From an uncultured Actinomycetes bacterium (GTDB lineage: Bacteria > Actinomycetota > UBA4738 > HRBIN12): 64,000 nt of DNA. The notes beneath the pieces are model-generated. The model saw only the letters and a program-made list of their open reading frames with translations. It did no database searches and had not been told where the DNA came from. Numbering within the stretch: the stretch's first letter is position 1; each line of letters starts with the position of its first letter. The stretch is from positions 201,975 to 265,974 of the forward strand of contig CAVPIB010000007.1 in assembly GCA_963704885.1 (NCBI GenBank). Direction: 5' to 3'. Below are positions 1-9,083 of this stretch, in pieces. The translations under genes and the position numbers were made by a program.

Positions 1-486
1 TCCCCAAAGAGCGCCGATCGCCCAGCCGTCGGTTCCCATCTCACCCGTGTATTCGAGCTGCGTGCCGCTGCCGTCGTCGACCTCCGTCAGGACGAACCGC
101 TCGGTCACGGACGGAACGGGGCCGCGGACCAGCCGGAACCCGATGCGCTCGGGGCGGTCGAACGAAACCGTCTCGACCGTGACCGCCGTCAGCCCGCCGG
201 CCTTCGTGCGATGCGCGGCAAGCACCAGATCCGCGCCGGCGTCTAGGACCTCGACCTTCTCCCGTAGCGCTCGAGGCGGGTTCTTCGATAGATAGGGAAC
301 GGCGACGAGGTCGAAGACCGTCTCTCTCGGCGCTCCGATCTTCACGACCTGGGGCCCGAGCGGGCGGGTCCGTCGTCCGAGGCCCGTATCGAGCGTGAGC
401 CTGCCTGTGGCAACGAGCACGAAGGTCACTCCGGCGGCGATCACCGCCAGGACGCCCAACAGGACGAGCGCGATGACCCAGCTCAT
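1..486 (-). CDS. SRPBCC (polyketide cyclase/dehydrase-like) family protein with an N-terminal TM helix; partial, 3' end lies outside the window
   Basis: Manual translation of the minus strand from the ATG at 486 gives MSWVIALVLLGVLAVIAAGVTFVLVATGRLTLDTGLGRRTRPLGPQVVKIGAPRETVFDLV..., open to the window edge. A GAGGGG Shine-Dalgarno lies 6 nt upstream. Not in the ORF track because no stop codon falls inside the window. Confidence 0.5.
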   Translation of the reverse strand, partial: MSWVIALVLLGVLAVIAAGVTFVLVATGRLTLDTGLGRRTRPLGPQVVKIGAPRETVFDLVAVPYLSKNPPRALREKVEVLDAGADLVLAAHRTKAGGLTAVTVETVSFDRPERIGFRLVRGPVPSVTERFVLTEVDDGSGTQLEYTGEMGTDGWAIGALWG

Positions 487-785
487 CGGCCCCTCACGAT
501 GAACCAGATCCACAAGGGGACCGTGAGCAGCTGGAGCTTCTGTGCCCAACAGGTGTCACGCCACCAGGCCCGGAGCCCAGGCTCCCGCTCGGAAGTCGAG
601 CACGACGAGGAACGGCGATCGTCGCGCGCCCGCGTTGCTCGGTCAGGTTCTTCGAGAGTCATGAGTTCAGCCTAAGGGACGCCGGGAGGTCGCCCGGATC
701 TCCCACGTGATCACCATGCCCGGTTGATCGGATGATGAAGGGAATCATCGCTGCCTTCGCTGCGTCTTGTTGATGGAGGAGGCAG

Positions 786-1313
786 ATGGGTACCGAACAC
801 GACGCATTCCTGCGAGCCACGATGGGTTGTATGGACCTGGTCTACAACATCGCCAGGCGCATGGTCTTCTCGGCCGAGGATGCTGAGGACCTGGTGCAGG
901 AGACCTATCTGGCGGCCTTCCGCGCCTGGGAGGACGAGCGCCGTCCGGACAAGGTGGAGCCGTGGATGGCGACGATCTGCCTGAATCTAGGGCGGTCTCT
1001 CTATCGGCGGCGTGCTCGTCGGCCCCAGGAGGTGCCCCTGGAAGCTCGCCTGCTGGTGTTGCCCGACCAGGCCGACCCGGAGCGCGAGGCGCTGGCGTCG
1101 CTCGATCGCGACGCGCTGCACAGAGCGATGTGGCAGCTCCCCGAGGAGCAGTGCACCGCGCTCACCCTGGTGGACCTCGGAGGTCTCAGCACGGCCGAGG
1201 CCGCGTCGGTGATGGCGACGCCCCGGGGAACCGTGCTCTCGCGCCTGCACCGAGGGCGCCGGGCCCTCGCGCTGCTATTGGCTGACGAAGTACCTGACCG
1301 GGAGGTGACGTGA
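786..1313 (+). CDS. ECF (sigma-70 family, group IV) RNA polymerase sigma factor
   Basis: 175 aa. Region 2 motif DAEDLVQETYLAAFRAW and region 4 HTH LSTAEAASVMATPRGTVLSRLHRGRRAL. GGAGG Shine-Dalgarno upstream of the ATG. Confidence 0.9.
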   Translation: MGTEHDAFLRATMGCMDLVYNIARRMVFSAEDAEDLVQETYLAAFRAWEDERRPDKVEPWMATICLNLGRSLYRRRARRPQEVPLEARLLVLPDQADPEREALASLDRDALHRAMWQLPEEQCTALTLVDLGGLSTAEAASVMATPRGTVLSRLHRGRRALALLLADEVPDREVT

Positions 1314-1636
1314 TGAGCCGAGACCGATCCGACACCGAGGTCGACATCCGGCGTGCGCACGACCCTGACGTGAACGCCTCGGTCTACGTGGCAGGAGAAC
1401 TGTCCCGCCGTGTCGCTCGATGGTTCGAGCATCATCTCCTCGAGTGCGACGACTGCTGGCGAGAGGTCTGGCTCGCTCGAAGAGGCCGGTTCGTCGCCGA
1501 GCACGCCCGCGAGCTCGCGCCCGCCTCGCTGAGGGACGCGGTGCGTGGAGCGATCCAGCTCTCGTCCGTAGCCTCCGAGGGAACGGGCCGTCGACGCTGG
1601 GCCTGGTTCCGTAGGCGCCCGACGGGACGAGGATGA
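1310..1636 (+). CDS. zinc-finger anti-sigma factor (RsrA/ChrR-like), translationally coupled to the sigma factor
   Basis: 108 aa. HxxxCxxC motif (HHLLECDDC). GTGATGA overlap with the stop of the ECF sigma gene. Confidence 0.7.
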   Translation: MMSRDRSDTEVDIRRAHDPDVNASVYVAGELSRRVARWFEHHLLECDDCWREVWLARRGRFVAEHARELAPASLRDAVRGAIQLSSVASEGTGRRRWAWFRRRPTGRG

Positions 1637-2025
1637 CCCCGCCGGACGGCACCATGGGGATCGGATCGAGCGACGCGGTCGGCCACCAGATCGACGGTGG
1701 TCGCCCTCCGGTGATCGCCGGTCTCCTCGGCGGGGCGATCGGGGCGGTGTGCTGCATAGGTCCAGCCGTAGGGGTGGCCATCGGGGCGAGCTCAGGGTCC
1801 TTCCTGATAGGGCTGAGCCGGTATCGTCCGGCGACGTTCGCTCTGGGGGCGGTGTTCGCCGCAGGAGCGGTGTGGCTCCAACTCCGCAGGCGCAGGGCCT
1901 CGTGTCCGACGCCTCAGTCGTTCCGAGTGCTCAGGAGTCGCTGGATCGACGTTTCCTTACTGGCGTTCGTGCTGACCTATGCGATCGGCCGGTTCGTGGT
2001 GCCGCCGCTCATCGAGCGTCTGTGA
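1633..2025 (+). CDS. MerT-like three-TM membrane protein (mercuric/heavy-metal transport protein homolog)
   Basis: 130 aa. TM1 carries a vicinal Cys pair (GAIGAVCCIGPAVGVAIG) and is followed by SRYRP, which together closely resemble MerT TM1 (SACCLGPLVLIALG...EPYRP). ATGA overlap with the anti-sigma gene. Confidence 0.5.
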   Translation: MTPPDGTMGIGSSDAVGHQIDGGRPPVIAGLLGGAIGAVCCIGPAVGVAIGASSGSFLIGLSRYRPATFALGAVFAAGAVWLQLRRRRASCPTPQSFRVLRSRWIDVSLLAFVLTYAIGRFVVPPLIERL

Positions 2026-2246
2026 AACTCCGAGGCCGAGCGATCTCTTCGCCTTGGTTCCGCTACTTGGAGGTGACCGCGACTGCCATCGGTCGGGCAA
2101 CAGCAGGGCATAGGGCAACAGCAGGGCATAGAAGGACGAGCGCTATGGCGGCGGCTGCGACCAGCGAGCCCCGCGCAGCAGGCGATGATCGGCGCCATCG
2201 AACATGAGATCGCTGCGTCCTCGCGGGCTGCTCAGCAGCATGCAGG

Positions 2247-3377
2247 TCAGCCGGTGATTGCGACGCCGAGCAGACTACCGATGCCGTAGGTGAGCCCGGC
2301 GGCGGCGAGCCCGAGCACCGCCTGACGGAGCCCCGAACGCCATGGGCCCCGGCCGGTCACGAGGGTGATGGCCGCCCCGGTTCCGAACAGGGCGAGGCTC
2401 GCCAGGGAGAGGCTGGTGAGCACCGCGGTGGCCCCGCTCGTGAATAGGAACGGGATCACGGGGATGATGGCGCCGAGGGCGAAGAGGACGAACGAGGCAG
2501 TGGCGGCTTCCCACGGGGAACCGCCCAGCTCGTCGGGGTCGATGCCGAGCTCCTCCCGTGCCAGGGTGTCGAGCGCCGTGTCGTGGTCGGCCATGACCCG
2601 GGCCGCCAACTGGCGGGCCTGGGCCTCGGGCAGCCCCTTGGCCTGGTAGATCAGGGCGAGCTCCTCTTCCTCCTCCTCGGGGAACTCCTCGATCTCGCGA
2701 GCTTCGATGTCGATCTGGCGTTGGTACAGCTCGCGGGAGGATTGCACCGAGAGCCATTCGCCGAGGGCCATGGACGACGCCCCGGCGAGGAGGCCGGCGA
2801 ACCCGGCGATCAGCACCGCCTGGTTCGAGATGTCGGCGCCGGCCACACCCATCACCAGAGCGAGGTTCGACACGAGCCCGTCGTTGGCGCCCAGCACGGC
2901 GGCACGTAGCGCGTTGCCGCCGATCGTCCGGTGGCGTCCCTCGAGCCTTGCCAACGCACCGCCCTCGACGCCGCCGTTACCGCTCGTGAGCGTGCGCAAC
3001 AGTCGGGCGTGAGACCGTTCGTCGGCAGGCATCGAGGTGCCGTCGGTCTCGGGCTGGTCGTCGTACATGAACTGGCCCGTCTGCTCCTCCCTCGCCAACG
3101 TGGACGCCAGCACGCCCGGTCCGAGCCGGCGCGCGGACCAGGCCAGGATGCGGGCGCGTCGGGTCGGCGTCCGGGGCGGAACCGGTTGGCCTGCGGCGCG
3201 GATCTTGTCCTCCCAGAACGAGGCGTGTCGTTCTTCCGTGGCCGCGAGGCGCTCGTACAGCTCGGCCAGCTGCGGCTGGTCCTCGAGCTCGGCCAGCGCC
3301 CGGTACTGGAACGCCCCGTCGGTCTCTTCCTGGATGTTCTCGCGGTAGCGGGCGATGTCGTCGCGATCCGCCTTCAT
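2247..3377 (-). CDS. VIT1/CCC1-family Fe/Mn transporter with N-terminal ferritin-like (rubrerythrin/Er) domain
   Basis: ERHASFWEDK ferritin-like segment, then GANDGLVSNLALVMGVAGA, the VIT1 signature. Start assigned to the internal Met (MKADRDD) at 3377, which has an AGGAAC Shine-Dalgarno; the ORF track extends to 3503. Confidence 0.85.
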   Translation of the reverse strand: MKADRDDIARYRENIQEETDGAFQYRALAELEDQPQLAELYERLAATEERHASFWEDKIRAAGQPVPPRTPTRRARILAWSARRLGPGVLASTLAREEQTGQFMYDDQPETDGTSMPADERSHARLLRTLTSGNGGVEGGALARLEGRHRTIGGNALRAAVLGANDGLVSNLALVMGVAGADISNQAVLIAGFAGLLAGASSMALGEWLSVQSSRELYQRQIDIEAREIEEFPEEEEEELALIYQAKGLPEAQARQLAARVMADHDTALDTLAREELGIDPDELGGSPWEAATASFVLFALGAIIPVIPFLFTSGATAVLTSLSLASLALFGTGAAITLVTGRGPWRSGLRQAVLGLAAAGLTYGIGSLLGVAITG

Positions 3378-4015
3378 CCCGTCGGTTCCTTCCTTCTGGT
3401 CGGGCGCCGGGCGGGTTGGGCCTGCCCGAACCCTCTTTCGAGGAGTCCCAAGCCCTCTTCCACCGTCGTGCGGGGGTCCGAGGCGCCGCCGGATCCCACC
3501 CACAGGCGCATCGCAGCGCGCAGCGCCCCGAGTGCGGCCCCGGCCACGACGCGAGGTCGTGGATCGAGGTCGGCGTCCACACCGAGACGTGTGGCGACCT
3601 CGCGGGCTATGGCGTCCTCGTAGGCCGCTTGCAGTTCGAGGCTCCTCGCCAACACCGAGGGCTCCGTGGAGACGATCCGGGCGCGAACCGATCCCTCGGC
3701 GGGGTCGGCCGCGACCTCACCCACCATCGCCAACACCGCGCGGCGGACAGGTGCGGTGACCGGCTCGTCGGGTGGACCGGCTGCGAGCGCGTCGCGGATC
3801 GCCGCGAGGCGGCGCTCGTGGTCGGCTAGGGCCGCGTCCTCCTTCGTCGCGAAGTATCGGAAGAACGTGCGCGGTGAGACGTCGGCGGCCGCCGCGATCT
3901 CGTCGACCGTCGTCTCGCGGAAGCCGCGCTCGGCGAACAGACGGAGCGCGGCGGACGCGATCGCCTTGCGCGTTCGGAGCTTCTTCCGCTCCCGCAAGCC
4001 CTGCTCCGCGACCAT
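3374..4015 (-). CDS. TetR/AcrR family transcriptional regulator
   Basis: N-terminal HTH RKKLRTRKAIASAALRLFAERGFRETTVDEIAAAADVSPRTFFRYF. Divergent to the MmpL gene. Confidence 0.9.
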   Translation of the reverse strand: MVAEQGLRERKKLRTRKAIASAALRLFAERGFRETTVDEIAAAADVSPRTFFRYFATKEDAALADHERRLAAIRDALAAGPPDEPVTAPVRRAVLAMVGEVAADPAEGSVRARIVSTEPSVLARSLELQAAYEDAIAREVATRLGVDADLDPRPRVVAGAALGALRAAMRLWVGSGGASDPRTTVEEGLGLLERGFGQAQPARRPTRRKEPTG

Positions 4016-4063
4016 GTGTCAAGCCTAGCAGTGAGTGGCGTCCAGTGTCAGATGGCGGAGGTT

Positions 4064-4084
4064 GTCAAATGACAGAAGCTGTCA
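4064..4084. promoter_or_regulatory. candidate TetR operator: overlapping palindromes GTCAaaTGAC and TGACAGaagCTGTCA in the TetR-MmpL intergenic region
   Basis: Perfect 6-3-6 inverted repeat read directly from the sequence, positioned between the divergent TetR start (4015) and the MmpL start (4100/4136). Confidence 0.45.
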
Positions 4085-4099
4085 GTATGCTGATCCCAA

Positions 4100-6346
4100 G
4101 TGACCCGAGTGGCCGCGAGAAGAAGGGAGCGCCACATGTCGTTGTCAGGGGCCCTTTACCGCCTGGGGCGAGGGTCGGTGCGTCGGCGTCGGCTCGTCGT
4201 GGCCGTCTGGATAGTGTCGGCGGTGGGGATGCTGCTTACCGGGCGTGCCCTGGGCGCGAGCTCGGTGGACGACTTCCGGGTGCCCGGGACTGAATCCCAG
4301 CAGGCGCTTGACCTGTTGAGGGAGCGGTTCCCCGCGGCCTCCGGCACCGAGGCCACCGTGGTGTTCCATATAGCCACGGGCACGGCACGCGACGCCCAGA
4401 ACGTCGTGCTGATCGGCGAGACGCTCAGCCAGGTCGCGCGACTTCCGCACGTGCTTGGTGTGGAGAGCCCCGTGGCCGACTCCACCCCATCGGGTCGGGC
4501 GGGTGTGTCCGCAGACGGGACGATCGCCTTCGCGACGGTCCACTACGACTCCGACGCGTCGGCACTCGGTATCCGGGCCGTCGATGCGCTCGAGGAGGCC
4601 GTTGGCCCGGCTCGCGAAGCCGGGATGCAGACGGAGCTCGGTGGCGCGCTGCTGCAATCGGTCGACCGGGCGGAACCGAAATCCTCAGAGCTGTTCGGCT
4701 TGGTGGCCGCGGTGCTGGTGTTGCTGCTGGCGTTCGGGTCAGTGGTCGCGATGGGGCTGCCGATCGGCACCGCGATCCTCGGCCTGCTCACCGGCATGTC
4801 GGTCGTGAAGCTCGTGAGCCTGTTCGTCGACATGCCCACTGTGGCGCCGACGCTCGCGACGATGATCGGGTTGGGCGTGGGGATCGACTACGCCCTGTTC
4901 ATCGTCACACGACACCGCGAGTACCTCCATGCAGGACTCACGGTCGAGGAGGCCGCCGGTCGCGCGATCGCGACCTCGGGCCAGGCGGTCGTGGTCGCCG
5001 GTGCCACCGTTGTGATCGCGATCTTGGGCCTATGGATCTCGGGGATCCCGTTCGTCGGCCTCCTCGGAACCGCATCGGCGATCGTCGTGACCGTGGCGGT
5101 GCTCGCCGCCATCACGGCGCTGCCCGCGCTGCTCGGGTTCGCCGGGCAGGCGATCGATCGTCTCCGCGTCCCGCGGTTCGGCCGTCGGTCCTCCAACGCC
5201 GAAGCGTCGCCGGGTTGGCGGCGGTTCGGTCGCCACGTGGTCGACCAACCTTGGCGTCACCTGGCGCTCAGCCTCGCGATCCTCGGCGCGCTGGCGGTTC
5301 CCCTGTTCTCGATGCGGCTAGGCCAGGTGGACGCGGGGACGGCCTCGGCCGAGACTACCCAGCGCCGCGCCTTCGACCTCATGACGCAGGGCTTCGGACC
5401 GGGCTTCAACGGTCCACTGCTGTTGACCGTCGAGGGCGCCGACGCGGCAACCCTGGGATCGATCGGCGTTGCTGTGGCTGCCGACCCCGACGTCGTCGCG
5501 GTGAAGCCGCCGATGGCGAGCCCCGACGGAACGACCGCCGTCATCACCGTCGTCCCGGGGTCCTCGCCGCAGAGCGAGGCAACTACCGAGTTGGTGTCGC
5601 GCCTCCGCGATCAGGTGCTGCCCGGCGTCGTCGAGGGAACCGACGCGCAGGTCTTCGTCGGCGGCCAGACCGCCACCTATGTCGACCTGGCGGCGAAGGT
5701 CGGTGACGCCCTTCCGCTGTTCATCGGCGCGGTCGTGCTGCTTTCGTTCGTGTTGCTGACCGTGGTCTTCCGCTCGATCCTCGTGCCGCTCAAGGCCGCC
5801 CTGATGAACCTGCTGTCGATCGGCGCCGCATACGGCGTGGTCGTCGCTATCTTCCAGTGGGGGTGGGGCAAAGGTCTCGTCGGCCTCGAGGAGACGGTCC
5901 CGATCGTCTCGTTCGTGCCGATGATGATGTTCGCGATCCTGTTCGGCCTCTCGATGGACTACGAGGTGTTCCTGCTCTCGCGGATCCGCGAGGAGTACGT
6001 GCAACGGCGCGACAACGCGGAGAGCATCGTGACCGGGTTGGCATCGACAGCGAGGGTTATCACCTCGGCCGCCCTCATCATGATCGCCGTGTTCCTCTCC
6101 TTCCTGTTGAACGACGACCCGACCGTGAAGATGGTGGGCATCGGACTGGCGACCGCGGTGGCCGTGGATGCCACGATCGTCAGGATGATCTTGGTGCCCT
6201 CGACGATGGCGTTGCTCGGTGACGCGAACTGGTGGCTGCCCCGGTGGCTCGACCGCCTGCTACCGAGGATCGACATCGAGGGCGAGGCCGGACTTCCTCT
6301 TGGAAGCGAGGCACGGGTAACCGGAGCTACAGTCGAGGTCGTTTGA
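4100..6346 (+). CDS. MMPL-family (RND superfamily) membrane transporter
   Basis: 748 aa, about 12 TM helices with two periplasmic loops, MmpL-type N-terminus. The likelier start is the ATG at 4136 (AAGGGAG Shine-Dalgarno); a GTG at 4100 is also open. Confidence 0.9.
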   Translation: MTRVAARRRERHMSLSGALYRLGRGSVRRRRLVVAVWIVSAVGMLLTGRALGASSVDDFRVPGTESQQALDLLRERFPAASGTEATVVFHIATGTARDAQNVVLIGETLSQVARLPHVLGVESPVADSTPSGRAGVSADGTIAFATVHYDSDASALGIRAVDALEEAVGPAREAGMQTELGGALLQSVDRAEPKSSELFGLVAAVLVLLLAFGSVVAMGLPIGTAILGLLTGMSVVKLVSLFVDMPTVAPTLATMIGLGVGIDYALFIVTRHREYLHAGLTVEEAAGRAIATSGQAVVVAGATVVIAILGLWISGIPFVGLLGTASAIVVTVAVLAAITALPALLGFAGQAIDRLRVPRFGRRSSNAEASPGWRRFGRHVVDQPWRHLALSLAILGALAVPLFSMRLGQVDAGTASAETTQRRAFDLMTQGFGPGFNGPLLLTVEGADAATLGSIGVAVAADPDVVAVKPPMASPDGTTAVITVVPGSSPQSEATTELVSRLRDQVLPGVVEGTDAQVFVGGQTATYVDLAAKVGDALPLFIGAVVLLSFVLLTVVFRSILVPLKAALMNLLSIGAAYGVVVAIFQWGWGKGLVGLEETVPIVSFVPMMMFAILFGLSMDYEVFLLSRIREEYVQRRDNAESIVTGLASTARVITSAALIMIAVFLSFLLNDDPTVKMVGIGLATAVAVDATIVRMILVPSTMALLGDANWWLPRWLDRLLPRIDIEGEAGLPLGSEARVTGATVEVV

Positions 6347-6372
6347 CCTCTCGGCGTGAGGAGGTATGAGGG

Positions 6373-6777
6373 ATGGACCGACGGAACCGGGTGTTATGGA
6401 TCATCCAATGGGTGTTCGGTGTCATATTCATCTTGGTTGGCGTGATGCACTTCATCGTTCCGGACGGCCTTCCTGGACCGATGAGCTGGATGTACGACCT
6501 CAGCGATCCTCTCCACACGGTGGCCGGCATCGCGGAGATCCTCGGAGGACTCGGTCTGATCCTGCCGGGGCTCACCAAGATCAGCCCCGGACTGACCGTG
6601 TTCGCTGCCGTCGGCTTGATCTTCGTGATGGTGGGAGCCGCAGCCTGGCACCTGTCGCGCGGCGAGGTGCAAAACGTCGTGCAGAACCTGATCATCGCCG
6701 GCGCCCTGGCCTACCTGGCGTACGGCAGGTGGAAGCTGAGCCCGCTTCCGGCCAAGGGGGCGGGCAACGTCGCCTAG
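6373..6777 (+). CDS. DoxX-like small membrane protein
   Basis: 134 aa, 4 TM helices, WVFGVIFILVGVMHF...GIAEILGGLGLILPG pattern typical of the DoxX family. GAGGAGG Shine-Dalgarno. Confidence 0.5.
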   Translation: MDRRNRVLWIIQWVFGVIFILVGVMHFIVPDGLPGPMSWMYDLSDPLHTVAGIAEILGGLGLILPGLTKISPGLTVFAAVGLIFVMVGAAAWHLSRGEVQNVVQNLIIAGALAYLAYGRWKLSPLPAKGAGNVA

Positions 6778-6802
6778 CGCTCAGCGGAGGGATGCGGCCG
6801 CG

Positions 6803-7207
6803 TCAGACGAGCTTCTCGACGGCGAGCTTGCCGTACTTGTGCCTGGCGTGCGCCCCGTGGCGGACGAGGATCTCGTCGGCGGCCGTGGTGAGTTCCTGGG
6901 TGGGGGCGTGCACGGCCAGCAGAGTGGCCCCCGCTTCGGCGGCTGACAGGTACTCGGCCTCGCGTTGACCCTCTTCGGAGGGGAGCTGCCGGAGCACCCG
7001 CCCCACCGGGCCGAGGCCCTCGGCGATGCCGCGCGAGAGACGAACCGCCTCGTCGCCGGTCAGCACCTCGAGCTCGTCGAACCCCTCGTCGCGCAGCTCC
7101 GAGGCGGCGGCGTCGGCTTCGGCTCGCGCATGGAACCACGCTACGACGTACCCCGTGGGGTACGGTCGCCCAGCCAGCTTCCCAGGGAACGAGCTCTCGT
7201 CGGTCAT
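6803..7207 (-). CDS. hypothetical protein (135 aa)
   Basis: Internal Met start MTDESSFPGKLAGRPYPTGYVVAWFHARAE...; the upstream part of the ORF is Arg-rich junk. Lies downstream of the USP gene. Confidence 0.4.
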   Translation of the reverse strand: MTDESSFPGKLAGRPYPTGYVVAWFHARAEADAAASELRDEGFDELEVLTGDEAVRLSRGIAEGLGPVGRVLRQLPSEEGQREAEYLSAAEAGATLLAVHAPTQELTTAADEILVRHGAHARHKYGKLAVEKLV

Positions 7208-7296
7208 GGCAGCATCATATGGCCTCGTCCTCCGCCGTCGCCAGCCTGCCGCCCGAGGCGTCCGTGGCGAGAACCGATGAAGCAGGAGATAGGTGA

Positions 7297-8142
7297 CTAC
7301 GGGAGCCGTCGGCCGACCAGCGTGGCGCGCGCGTGCCTGGCCACGCGGTCGCTCACTGATCCCAGGAGCGTCCGACTCACCGGACCGAGACCTCTCGAGC
7401 CGACGACCACCAGGTCGGCCTCCCCGGACTCCGCCTCCTGGAGGAGAGAGGCTGCCGGCGTTCCGACGACCACCGTAGGCTCCGCCTGGAACCCGGTCGA
7501 TGACAGACGCTCGGCGGCGTGCTCGGCGACGCCCCACGTGAGCTCCTTCAGCTTGCGCAGGAGTTCCGGGTTGGGCGACAGGGTTCCCCCGAACGGGTTG
7601 AGGACCGAAGCCGGCGTCGGCACCTCCTCGACGCAGAGGATCTTGAGGACGGCGCGCGCGGGATCGGCGAACGCTACCAGCGTCTCCACGGCGAACTTCG
7701 CGTCGTCGGAGCCATCCACACCCACCAGGATCGGTGCGGGCACCCGGCTACCGGGTGGCTCGTGTGCCACCAGGACCGAGCTGGGCGCCGAATGGAGGAC
7801 ACGCATGCTGACGCTGCCGAGGAGTAGCCGACCGAGCCACCTCGTGCTCCCGGCGCCGACGGCTGTGAGGTCGTATCCGTCCTGCTCGACGATGCGCAGG
7901 ATCTCCATCGCGGGGTGTCCTCGTTCGACCCGTGTCGCCACCTCGAACCCGGCATCAGCAAGGATCCTCGCGCCCAGTCCGGCGATCTCCTCCGTGGCGG
8001 AGCCGTCGGCTGCACCCGAACGGACGGGGGCGTCGATCGAGACGACCGTCACCTCGGTGCGCGTCGGATCGGCGATCTTCGCGATGATCTGACCGGCGGC
8101 ATCGGCGGACGGTGACCCATCGGTGGCCCAGAGGATCCTCAT
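7297..8142 (-). CDS. tandem-domain universal stress protein (2x UspA)
   Basis: Two USP domains (MRILWATDGS...VLVAHE and ILVGVDGSDDA...DLVVVGSRGLG..GSVS). GGAAGGAG Shine-Dalgarno before the start at 8142. Confidence 0.85.
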   Translation of the reverse strand: MRILWATDGSPSADAAGQIIAKIADPTRTEVTVVSIDAPVRSGAADGSATEEIAGLGARILADAGFEVATRVERGHPAMEILRIVEQDGYDLTAVGAGSTRWLGRLLLGSVSMRVLHSAPSSVLVAHEPPGSRVPAPILVGVDGSDDAKFAVETLVAFADPARAVLKILCVEEVPTPASVLNPFGGTLSPNPELLRKLKELTWGVAEHAAERLSSTGFQAEPTVVVGTPAASLLQEAESGEADLVVVGSRGLGPVSRTLLGSVSDRVARHARATLVGRRLP

Positions 8143-8344
8143 CACCTGCAGCTCCTTCCGTCTTGTCCATAGTGACACTACGTAACGGCATCCAAGCAGG
8201 CCCGTGACGTTCAGCTCGTTATGGGAAGGCCATCCGGTCCCGTCCTCGCTAGCGGCTCCTAGGCGCCTCTGGAACTACGCGGTTCCGAGGACCCTCTGGC
8301 CGATCTCCTGATCGAGCTGTCGGGTCCTCGGGCTGCGAAGCGCC

Positions 8345-8887
8345 TCAGACGAGACCAAGGAGACGCCAGACAGCGATGCCGATCGTCACGAGGATGAGGA
8401 TCCCGATCGCGTCGAGGGGCGCGCCGATACGGAAGATCTCGCGGACCGAGTACATCTTCGTCGAGTAGGCGAGCATCGTGGGCGGCGTCCCGATCACGAG
8501 GGCGAAGTCGATCGAGGAAGCGATCGCCACGACCACGACTAGGAGGACGGGATCCACGCCGATCACCGCCGCCAAGGGGATCGCCAGCGGGATCATCATC
8601 GCAGCCGAGGCCGTGTTCGACGCGACGGCTGTTAGCAGCAGCGTCACCACAGCCATCACGGTCACGGCGAGCGGTGCAGGAACATCGGCGAGCCCACCGA
8701 GGCGCGTGGCCAGCCAATCGGCCGTTCCCGATCTGACCAGGAACACGCCGAGTGCGAGGCCGCCCCCGAAGATGATCAATACCGTCCAAGAGATCCGGCC
8801 GAGATCGGACGGGATCACCTTGCCGAGGACCGCCAGGACGACGACGCCGCCGATGGCGACGATCCCCGTATCGAGGCCGGTCGACAC
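8345..8887 (-). pseudogene. C-terminal 180-aa fragment of a DASS/ArsB-NhaD superfamily anion permease (truncated)
   Basis: Carries the conserved GTPPTMLAY...IGAPLD permease C-terminal motifs but lacks the N-terminal half. The TM-like segment LVIVAALWVCV appears upstream only in another frame. Confidence 0.55.
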
Positions 8888-9083
8888 ACACCCATAGGGC
8901 GGCGACGATCACGAGCTTCTGCGTCGACGTCACCGAGCAAGGTTGGTCGAGGGCATCCGCGGGCGCCTGCGGCCGTCCGCCCCGTCGCCGCAGAGGCGTG
9001 TGACCTCCCCACGGGCGCCGCTCTCGCCCGAGACTGTCGGGGCTTGGGTTAGGTTGGTTCGTCTCGATCGAGGGGTGGGGCGG

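Noticed and set aside
47-295. 82-aa plus-strand ORF
   Set aside because: Lies antisense to the better-supported SRPBCC-family gene running off the window start.
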